NCBI RefSeq assembly: GCF_006345805.1
Contig: NW_021828496.1
Span: 1 to 8,226, forward strand
Source of the DNA: Octopus sinensis
Lineage: Eukaryota
Direction: 5' to 3'
DNA length: 8,226 bases
How positions within the stretch are numbered: position 1 is the first letter of the stretch; each line of letters begins with the position of its first letter. The position numbers and the translations under genes are program-made. Below are positions 1 through 6,960 of this stretch, piece by piece. The notes beneath the pieces were generated by a model. The model did no database searches. It saw only the letters and a program-made list of their open reading frames with translations, and was not told the origin of the DNA.

Positions 1-90
1 TACCGGTTTTGGTTAAACTGCATCGCAAAATGTGGGAGTAGTTAGGAATCTAATCGGAGTAGACGGACACACAACCTTTTTTATATTAAA
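1..90 (-). mobile_element. Partial non-autonomous Helitron-like element, family A (5' terminal part; continues beyond window edge)
   Basis: 1-90 aligns by eye with 2083-2176 (ggttttggttaaactgca..atgtgggagtagttaggaatcta..gacacacaacc..ttttatat), the TC-end of the complete copy at 1786-2178. The terminal TC is not clearly retained here. Confidence 0.75.
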
Positions 91-780
91 TATTTTCGTC
101 CTAAAAAACTTGTATGGATTGAATGGTTACCTCTATGAAATATATACACGCACATTATAATACATGTGTGTATAGATGAATATTAAATACATTTAGATAT
201 CTATATTCACTTTTGGGCGATCTTTCTGTTTCTTAGAGATAACTTTAGATCTTATTTTCGTCCTAAAACCACTTTGTATGGAGTGAATGGTTACCTCTAT
301 GGAAATATATACACACACGTTATAATACATGTGTGCATAGATGAATATATAAATACATTATATATCTATATACACTTTTGGGCGATCTTGTGCTACTTAG
401 AGATAACTTTGATCTTATTTTCGTCCTAAAAAACTTTGTGCGAGTGAATGGTTACGTCTATGGAAATATATACACACCACATTATACATACATCTGTGTA
501 TAGATGAATATATAAATACATTTAAATAACTTATTACACTTTTGGGCGATCTTCTGCTACTTGGATATACTTTAGATCTTATATTCGTCCTAAATAACTT
601 TGTATGGGTGAAAGGTACCTCTATGGAAATATATACACACACATTATACATACATCTGTGGTAAGATGAATATATAAATACATTTAAATATCTATATACA
701 CTTTTGGGCGATCTTTCTGCTACTTGGATATGCTACTTGGATATACTTAGATCTTATATTCGTCCTAAAAAACTTGTATG
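91..780. repeat. Tandem minisatellite, ~163-bp unit, ~4.2 copies
   Basis: cgtcctaaa recurs at 97, 259, 422, 586 and 761 (periods 162, 163, 164, 175). The last unit carries a 13-bp duplication tgctacttggata (718-730/731-743). Confidence 0.97.
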
Positions 781-992
781 AATTGAAAAAGAAAATGAAT
801 TGAAATTTTTAAGAAAGGAATTTGTTTACATAATGTGTGAAATGGCAACTGTTTGTGCAGTTGTCCGAAATGGAACCAGGGTAAATGTGTGTGGAACTGA
901 TGTATTATAATGGATAGTCCTTTGTTGTGAATATTAATTTGTTAATATGAACTGAAACCAGTGGTGTAGCATAAAAGACCATAGGTGATCTT

Positions 993-1785
993 CTAGCAAA
1001 AAGGATGACCAGTCTGACTGGCTCAACCCTGTCACACACTCACACACACGCACACACACACACCACACACACGCACCTCACACACACAACACACTCACAC
1101 ACCACCACACTCACACACACGCACACTACACACACACACACACACCACACACGTTAGCTTACAATTTTATTATATATTTGCGTGTCTATGTGTGTAAAGA
1201 GGAAGTGGGAGTAAGTATGCAGAGTGAAAGAGTGAAATGGTAAAATATTAAGTTTTCTCGAATTTTTTCTGAATAATGGGGTGAAATTGAAAGAAATTTT
1301 GTATGCCATGACCGAATGGAAGTACTTTGAAAAATCATAGGTAAACTCTAATTGAAGAAATTGTGTGAGGAGTAAATCGTTATGTATTTATTTGTTTCTG
1401 TTTGCTGTGTTGTTTTTTGAGTAGTGGTTTAAGGTACACTTCTCTCGTTTTATATAAATACTTTCACTTTAATCGTTGCACACTTGCAAAGAGAAAGGAG
1501 GAGAAATTAGGCTGATAGCATGAGTGAAGCATTTCGCTCCGTTTGTGTGTGTGTGTGTGTGTGTGCTGTAGCCCACACTAAGAAAAGCACTTCACTTACA
1601 CACCACAATGTGAGTTTTCTCGAAATTTTGCTTAATTGTGGGTGAAATTTGAAAACTGTACCTGGCACGACCCGATGTATTCTACTCTTAAAAATGCTAG
1701 GTAAATTGTAATTGAAGAAATCCTATATTGTAGATTTCTATAAGAGACAAATGGAGGCAGATAAAATCTGCCTTTTATAATAAGA
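993..1785 (-). mobile_element. Non-autonomous Helitron-like element, family B, apparently full length
   Basis: The minus strand starts TCTTATTATAAAAGG at 1785 and ends CTAG (993-996), with a bulged hairpin tgaccagt-ctg-actggctca (1006-1025) ~10 nt from the end. It is homologous to 3363-3820 and has an internal (CA)-rich tract (1032-1151) and a diverged internal direct repeat (1251-1361 vs 1613-1721). The base after CTAG is A rather than the canonical T. Confidence 0.65.
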
Positions 1786-2178
1786 CTAGCAGTATCGCCC
1801 GGCGTTGCTCGGGTTTGTAAGGGAAATAATTATATAAGCATTTTTAGAGATGTAAAGTATAATAGCCATCTCAATATGGCTAACCACAAAGGGGGGGGGG
1901 TGTTACTGTAGCTTTTTACGTTCTGAGATTTAATAATAAATTTTAGAGAGTTACTTCCTTATATATGTCAAAACTGGATTAAAAATGGGAAAAATTGATG
2001 GTAAATTTTTTTTTTAATCGTAGACTCATCGTAGACGCGCGCTAATACCCAGACGGTCTCGATATGAATCACGACTATAAGATACCCGGTTTTGGTTAAA
2101 CTGCACCGAAAAATGTGGGAGTAGTTAGGAATCTAAATCGTAGGAGACAGACACACAACCACATTTTATATATAAAGA
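1786..2178 (-). mobile_element. Non-autonomous Helitron, family A, full length (393 bp)
   Basis: Minus strand: A|TCTTTATATATAAAA at 2178 ... hairpin cccgagc-aac-gccggg (1798-1813) ... CTAG|T at 1786-1789. All canonical Helitron hallmarks are present (TC start, subterminal GC hairpin, CTAG end, A|T target, no TSD), with a short gtgtgtctgtct tract near the 5' end. Confidence 0.88.
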
Positions 2179-2269
2179 TTTCCTCTATTTACATAATATG
2201 AGGTCTCTTCTTTTTTGTTATCTTACTGTTTTTACCAATATACATATATATATATATATAAATATATAT

Positions 2270-2590
2270 TAGTTACAGAGATGTACTTGCATAGCAAGTG
2301 ACTTGATCTGAGATCGTGTGCTGGAACGAAAACAGTTGCAGCGTTGAAGGTGTTTATAAGCCATTTAAGAAACACACAAAACCGTTAGATTCACTTCAAC
2401 ATTTAAATTTAATTTGTCAAAATATTTTCATCGCTTTGAGACCGCGACCTGTTAGCACGATATTTTTGTCAGTGGACAGGTCGCGGTCTCAAAGCGACGA
2501 AAAATTTGGCAAATTAAATTTAAATGTTGAAGTGAATGTAACGGTTTTTGTGTGTTCTTAAATGGCTTAAAAACACCTTCCACGCTGCAA
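2270..2590. mobile_element. Foldback element 1 (arms 2336-2452 / 2476-2590), probable inverted pseudo-LTR remnant of a Penelope-like element
   Basis: Arms of ~115 bp are reverse-complementary with about 5 substitutions and a few small indels, around a 23-nt spacer. The element is flanked by (TA)n on both sides. The arms contain a hammerhead-like fold. The inverted repeat is seen directly; the PLE assignment is inference. Confidence 0.75.
2465..2513 (+). ncRNA. Degenerate hammerhead-like motif with non-canonical core (G3/C8 swap plus extra G)
   Basis: tttgtca GTGGACA g gtcgc-ggtctcaaa-gcgac GAA aaattt ggcaaa. The mirror arm (2413-2453, minus) supplies AACAG, GAA aatatt T tgacaaa, which pairs 7 bp with tttgtca. 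Neither arm is intact alone. Confidence 0.4.
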
Positions 2591-2668
2591 TATATATATA
2601 CACACATATATATATGTATGTATGTATGTATGTGTGTATATGTGTATGCATGTATGTGTGTGTGTGCG
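2590..2668. repeat. Compound microsatellite (TA)n-(TATG)n-(TG)n
   Basis: Read directly from the sequence. Confidence 0.95.
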
Positions 2669-2880
2669 TGTCTGTGCTTGTGATTGTCCTCCACCACTGC
2701 TTGACAACGAATGTTGGTTTGTTTACATCCTGTCACCTAGTGGTTTGACAAAGGAAACAGATAGAATAAGTACAATGCTTACAAAAATAAAACGAGTTGA
2801 TTCATTAAACTACAATTCTTCAAGGCATTGCCCCAGCATGGCCACAGACCAATGGCTGGAAAAAGCAGAAGAATAAAGAA
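2665..2880 (+). mobile_element. Diverged 3' half of an octopus-type SINE
   Basis: cttgacaac..gtttacatcc..gatagaataagtac..tgccccagcatggccacag..gaataaagaa matches my recollection of an abundant octopus SINE body and tail. 19 bp (2829-2847) is identical to 4657-4675. Confidence 0.65.
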
Positions 2881-2946
2881 TACATTCTCTGCTTTGGTCT
2901 TATGTCAAGGCATGAGAAAGCTTGAGTTTAGATGAGAAGGCCTAAC

Positions 2947-3315
2947 AGACCTGGTAGAAACAGCAGCCAAATCTCCTCAAATCACACCTTACTGTCTTAT
3001 GTATGTATATATATATGAGCCAATGAGGGGGACCTCTGACATGGTAGCTAGACCTGGTAGAAATAGCAGCCAAATTTCCCCCAAATCACACCTTACTGTC
3101 TTATCTATGTATATATGTATGTATGAGCCTATGAGGGAGAGACCCTACATGGCAGCTAGACCTGGTAGAAATAGCAGCCAAATTTCCCCCAAATCACACC
3201 TTACTGTCTATCTATGTATATATGTATGTATGAGCCTATGAGGAGACCCCTACATGGCAGCAAGATATGGTAGAAATAGCAGCCAAATCTCCCTCAAATC
3301 ACACCTTACTGTCTT
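2947..3315. repeat. Tandem minisatellite, ~105-bp unit, ~3.5 copies, each with an internal (TATG)n tract
   Basis: agacctggtagaaa-type starts at 2947, 3050, 3158 and 3263 (periods 103, 108, 105). The motif cagccaaat..caaatcacaccttactgtc appears four times. Confidence 0.96.
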
Positions 3316-3362
3316 ATCTTTCTGTACTTGGATATAGGGTTATATTCGTCGTAAAAAAACTT
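3316..3362. repeat. Orphan fragment of the 163-bp minisatellite
   Basis: atctttctg-tacttggatata..ttatattcgtcgtaaaaaaactt matches units 3/4 of the 91-780 array. Confidence 0.75.
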
Positions 3363-3820
3363 CCTGTCACACACTCACGCACACGCACACACACACACAC
3401 ACACAACGCACCCTCACACACACACACGCGCACACCCACACACACCCACTCACACACACGCACGTTAGCTTACATTTTATTTATATATTTGCGTGTCTGT
3501 GTGGAAATAGGAAGTGGGAGGCAGAGTGAAAGAATCACTCACTACAGTAAGTCAATTACTTTCATTTTATTCGTTGTCCACTGTGTGTGTGCGTTTGCGT
3601 GTGCTGTAAACCAGACTAAGAAAAGCATTTGACACCACACCAAATGGTGAGTTTCTGTAAATTTTGCTTAATTGGAGTTTAAATTTTAAAAACTGGACCT
3701 GGCATGACGCGATGCATTGTACTCTTAAAAATGCAAGGTAAATTGTAATTGAAGAAATCCTATATGTAGATTTGTATAACTCCCAAAGGGAGCAGATAAA
3801 ATCTGCCTTTTATAATAAGA
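3363..3820 (-). mobile_element. Second family B Helitron-like copy, 3'-truncated and internally shorter
   Basis: Shares cctgtcacacactcac, cacgttagcttaca, aggtaaattgtaattgaagaaatcc and gcagataaaatctgccttttataataaga with 1028-1785. The TC end is at 3820 against (TA)n. It lacks the hairpin plus CTAG end and the first internal module. Confidence 0.8.
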
Positions 3821-3850
3821 TATATATATATATATTATATATATATATAT

Positions 3851-3890
<40 letters not shown>

Positions 3891-3905
3891 AGAGAGAGAG
3901 AGAGA
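3821..3905. repeat. (TA)n-(GA)n microsatellite
   Basis: Read directly from the sequence. Confidence 0.95.
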
Positions 3906-4229
3906 ATGGAGAGTATGTCCCGAAATTAAGGCAACCGATGTGTTGGGCTTAAATGACAATCTATAAATGTGATGAGATGTAAAAATAATACGTTATTATA
4001 TATGTTGTGTGTCCCTTCTTTTTATTGCAGACTAAAGAAATAAAGATTTATTTGTTAAGTAATGGCTATAGATCGAAATACTATCATAACCCACCGCAAA
4101 TTAGGCGAAAGTAATACACAGGACCACACACATACATGAATATATATTGTAAATAAATATATCCCTCCATATATGTATACATACATTCATAGTTGGATGC
4201 ACACACATAAACACTTGCACACAAATATA

Positions 4230-4335
<106 letters not shown>

Positions 4336-4433
4336 CCGGAGTAAACACACAATGTGAAACAAAATGGAAGAAAGAGTACTCAAATACCAGTGGTAGAGTA
4401 ATATGCTTTATTTAAAGCAGCAGAAAATTCAAC

Positions 4434-4481
4434 AAAACCAGTTACTCTGAGTTTCCCGTTGCCGTTCATCGGACAGATTTT
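4434..4481 (-). ncRNA. Minimal type I hammerhead ribozyme motif, U4C core variant
   Basis: Minus strand: aaaatctgt CCGATGA acg-gcaa-cgg GAA actc-a-gagt A actggtttt. Stem I pairs 8 of 9, stem II has a GNRA loop and one mismatch, stem III is palindromic. The predicted GUA cleavage site is after position 4443. Confidence 0.6.
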
Positions 4482-4491
4482 CTAGCAAAAA

Positions 4492-4525
4492 CTGTCCGTT
4501 GAACGGCAACGTGAAACTCAGAGTA
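4492..4525 (+). ncRNA. Defective mirror hammerhead motif
   Basis: ctgt CCGTTGA acg-gcaa-cgt GAA actc-a-gagt A. Stem II is perfect, but A6 is changed to U and the 3' strand of stem I is replaced by microsatellite. Confidence 0.45.
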
Positions 4526-4540
4526 TATGTGTGTGTGTGT

Positions 4541-4576
4541 GGAGGCGTAATGGACCAGTGGTTATGGTAGCGGACT
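4541..4576 (+). mobile_element. Truncated tRNA-derived SINE head (A box only)
   Basis: ggaggcgtaatggaccagtggttatggtagcggact differs at only 2 of 36 positions from the head starting at 4873; it ends in (TA)n. Confidence 0.75.
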
Positions 4577-4649
4577 ATATATATATATATAGAGAGAGAG
4601 AGTTATAGATGAAGGGATATATATACATACATATATATATATATTCATG

Positions 4650-4710
4650 CACGCGGTGCCCCAGCATGGCCACAGCTCATAAGCTGAAACTAGAATCAAT
4701 CAATCAATCA
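4650..4710 (+). mobile_element. SINE 3' tail fragment with (TCAA)n end
   Basis: cggtgccccagcatggccacag..gctgaaactagaatcaatcaatcaatcaa shares a 19-mer with 2829-2847. Confidence 0.65.
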
Positions 4711-4829
4711 AACATATACATGAATAGATATTTGTAAATATATCCCTACATATATGCACACAGACATGCATAAATGGATACACAGGCATATATATATATA
4801 TATATATATTTATTTATTTTATAGAAGGA

Positions 4830-4878
4830 GCTTCTACAGGACTAGTACTGTTTCATTCAAATGAAATCATCAGGAAGC
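4830..4878 (-). ncRNA. Type I hammerhead ribozyme motif, canonical core (minus-strand mirror)
   Basis: Minus strand: gcttc CTGATGA t-ttc-attt-gaa-t GAA acag-tactagtc-ctgt A gaagc. Stem I is 5 bp; the predicted cleavage site is after position 4835. Confidence 0.75.
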
Positions 4879-5027
4879 GTAATGGACCAGTGGTTAGGGT
4901 AGCGGACTCGCGGTTTCGATTCCTAGACCGGGCGTTGTGAGTGTTTATTGAGCGAAAACGCCTAAAGCTCCACGAGGCTCGGGCAGGGGGTGGTGGTGAA
5001 CCCTGCCGTACTCTTTTGCCACAACTT
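4874..5027 (+). mobile_element. 5' fragment of a tRNA-derived SINE enclosed between the foldback arms
   Basis: A-box-like tggaccagtgg (4883-4893) and B-box-like gtttcgattcc (4913-4923) are only 19 nt apart. The following body gttgtgagtgtttattgagcgaaaac..aaagctccacgagg matches an octopus SINE as I recall it. Confidence 0.8.
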
Positions 5028-5071
5028 CCTGATGATTTCATTTGAATGAAACAGTACTAGTCCTGTAGAAG
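5025..5071 (+). ncRNA. Type I hammerhead ribozyme motif, canonical core
   Basis: cttc(5025-28) CTGATGA(5029-35) t-ttc-attt-gaa-t GAA(5048-50) acag-tactagtc-ctgt A(5067) gaag. All conserved core nucleotides are present, stems I and III are 4 bp each, and the triplet is GUA. The weak point is a U-U pair at the base of stem II. Confidence 0.75.
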
Positions 5072-5156
5072 CTCCTTCTATAAAATAAATTAATTTACTC
5101 TGCAATGTATTGAGTACCTTATTTACTGTGGTTAACCCCGACTCAACCCGGGGACC

Positions 5157-5158
<2 letters not shown>

Positions 5159-5195
<37 letters not shown>

Positions 5196-5262
5196 GTACA
5201 TATGTATATACGGATAGATAGATATGTATATATATATATATGTCCATATATATATATATACC
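5159..5262. repeat. (TA)n-rich microsatellite
   Basis: Read directly from the sequence. Confidence 0.9.
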
Positions 5263-5457
5263 TGCCTATACATCTATATATACAAATGCAGACATGTAAT
5301 TGTGTGTGTGAGTGCATAGCCTTGACAATAAAAATGCTGATGATGACGATGACGATGATTGTTGTTTACTTGTATGTAAAAATGTCTGACCTGATTTTTG
5401 ACTAAGAAGCCTGCAGTCGTTAATGTTAAGTCAAGTGTGACTCAGTTTCAACATTCT

Positions 5458-5489
<32 letters not shown>

Positions 5490-5545
5490 ACACACACACT
5501 CACACACATACACATACACACAACACACTAACACAGGTAAACACA
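5458..5545. repeat. (CA)n microsatellite
   Basis: Read directly from the sequence. Confidence 0.93.
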
Positions 5546-5590
5546 CAGGTGACTCAGACCAACAATTACTGCTATATCCTGCCCACCCAA

Positions 5591-6172
5591 AGGTGGCGAG
5601 CTGCTAGAAACTTTAGCGCGCCGGGCGAAATGCGTAGCCGTATTTCGTTCGCCGCTAAGTACTGAGTTCAAATTCCACCGAGGTCGACTTTGCCTTTCAT
5701 CATTTCGGGATCGATAAATTAAGTACCAGTTACGCACTGGGGTCGATGTAATCGACTTAATCTGTTTGTCTGTCCTTGTTTGTCACCTCTATGTTTAGCC
5801 CTTTGTGGATAATAAGGAAACAGATATTTTGCCCGTCGATATGTTTCGAGTTCAAATTCAGCCGAGGTCGAATTTCCCTTTCATTAGTACGGGGTCGATA
5901 AATTAATTACCAGTTACGCACTGGGGGATCGATATAATCGACGTAATCGGTTTGTCTGTCATTGTCTGTCCCCTCTATGTTTAGCCCCTTGTGGGTAATA
6001 AAGAAACAGATATTTTGCCCGTCGATACATTTTGAGTTCAAATTCAGCCGAGGTCGACTTTGCCTTTCATCATTTCGGGGTCGATAAATTAAGTACCAGT
6101 CAAAGAATGAAGGTCGATGCATTCGACTTGTCCCCTCCCCCAAATTTCACGCCTTGTGCCTATTGTAGAACT
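5591..6172 (+). mobile_element. Tandem trimer of a tRNA-derived SINE (one full head, two head-truncated units)
   Basis: The head is ggtggcgagctg... B-box gagttcaaattc falls at 5664, 5848 and 6034 (periods 184, 186), each followed by gaggtcga..ttt..ctttcat..tcgataaattaa.tacc. The third unit has a different tail. Confidence 0.88.
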
Positions 6173-6209
6173 ATATATCTTGTTCAGCCAATATCTTGTT
6201 ACTAATATT

Positions 6210-6373
6210 CATGGCTTTTTCCTGAGAATATCCATGTCTCAGTTCGAATTCTGCCAATGCTAACATTCACTATTAACGTTTTAGTGTCGATAAAATAAGA
6301 AGCAGGTTCATATCGGGGTCGAAGTAATAAACTAGCAAACTCCCACAACAGTTCAGGCCCCTTGTATCTATGG
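6210..6373 (+). mobile_element. Old, highly diverged copy of the same SINE superfamily
   Basis: cagttcgaattctgcc (6240), gtcgataaaataag, ggggtcgaagtaat and ttcaggccccttgtatctatgg occur in the same order as the motifs in 6034-6170. Confidence 0.6.
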
Positions 6374-6418
6374 TTTTTTTCACTTTCTCTATTTCTCACT
6401 CACTCTTTATATATATAT

Positions 6419-6460
6419 ACTAGCATTAAAGACGCGTCGTTGCCGGGTCATAGTGCTAGT
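6419..6460. mobile_element. 42-bp double-ended Helitron 3'-terminus (ACTAGCA ... hairpin ... TGCTAGT)
   Basis: actagca-ttaaa-gacgcgtcgttgccgggtc-atag-tgctagt has 7-bp inverted ends and a central GC-rich imperfect hairpin resembling 1785-1813. Confidence 0.5.
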
Positions 6461-6574
6461 GCATGTATATATGTGTATACATATGTGTACATATTACATG
6501 TACATCTATATATATACATCTACACATAAAATACAAAATACAGAGTTATATCTTGATATCGCTAGTGATAACAA

Positions 6575-6960
6575 TACTCAAAATATATAACAGACTGGAA
6601 TTGTTAGCCCGTCTCTTGTAATTTCGATCAATTGTATTTTGTCCTCCCTCTTGTATAGAAGTGTGGCTACAATCCAGCCTACCTCTACTTCGGGGTGGGG
6701 GCATTTTAAATTTTTATCCGGCACGTCCTATGTCCCAGATATAAAGGTAAAAATAAAATATTTCCACTTTGCAAGTTCGAGTCGAGTACTCCCTTGCACG
6801 CTCCATTGACCCGAAGCTTGCTTCTATTGTAGCGAATTTACCGTCACTGGTTAGATATCTTTCATAGTCGCACCAAGACACTTTTCGATGGTGCTTTCCT
6901 CCAGGTGTTCAAATCTTCTTTTTTCTCTACATTGTATACTTTATAGACAATAGTCTTTTC
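6575..6960 (-). pseudogene. Frameshifted remnant resembling ORF1 of an L1/Tx1-type non-LTR retrotransposon
   Basis: Manual minus-strand translation across ~4 frameshifts and a stop: EKTIVYKVYNVEKK/EHLEESTIEKCLGATMKD/YLTSDGKFATIEASFGSMERAREYSTRT/LQSGNILFLPLYLGHRTCRIKI*NAP/PEVEVGWIVATLLYKREDKIQLIEITR. RIKIxNAPPEV resembles the RRM-region motif of Tx1/L1 ORF1p as I recall it. Frame joins were chosen by eye. Confidence 0.5.

Larger units (their letters stand above)
4336..4525. mobile_element. Foldback element 2 (arms 4443-4476 / 4492-4525), probable inverted Penelope-like pseudo-LTR remnant
   Basis: The 34-bp arms have 2 mismatches around a near-palindromic spacer attttctagcaaaaa. The left extension reads AATAAA on minus, downstream of a hammerhead motif. 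Flanked by (TA)n and (TG)n. Confidence 0.75.
4812..5158. mobile_element. Foldback element 3: perfect 66-bp inverted arms (4812-4877 / 5025-5090) plus unpaired right extension, probable inverted Penelope-like pseudo-LTR
   Basis: The arms match 66/66 by manual comparison around a 147-bp spacer. AATAAA at 5084-5089 lies downstream of the hammerhead. The extension ends in a ccccg..cgggg hairpin (5136-5153). (TA)n on both sides. Confidence 0.8.

Noticed and set aside
90-105. GGACGAAA on the minus strand of the 163-bp unit, suggesting a retrozyme-type satellite
   Set aside because: No CUGANGA-like core or stem II upstream in any unit.
415-651. 78-aa ORF on minus
   Set aside because: Lies entirely within the 163-bp minisatellite; no recognisable protein features.
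91-780. CRISPR-like periodicity
   Set aside because: The whole unit repeats with no unique spacers, and the context is eukaryotic.
2316-2876. Four overlapping ORFs of 66-94 aa
   Set aside because: They run through a palindrome, a microsatellite and a SINE. The mirrored peptides come from the inverted repeat.
2999-3632. 80-aa and 121-aa ORFs
   Set aside because: The repeated peptide comes from the 105-bp minisatellite and the TH runs from (CA)n.
4012-4030. Strong-looking splice acceptor (pyrimidine tract plus CAG)
   Set aside because: No convincing exon or donor downstream; such motifs are common in AT-rich DNA.
4874-4930. Possible tRNA gene
   Set aside because: No complete cloverleaf, box spacing too short, and it continues into SINE body. 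The same applies to 5591-5680.
5337-5343. CTGATGA
   Set aside because: Start of a (GAT/GAC)n tract; no stem II or GAAA follows.
5907-6399. 78-aa and 65-aa minus ORFs
   Set aside because: Antisense to SINE copies; chance open frames.
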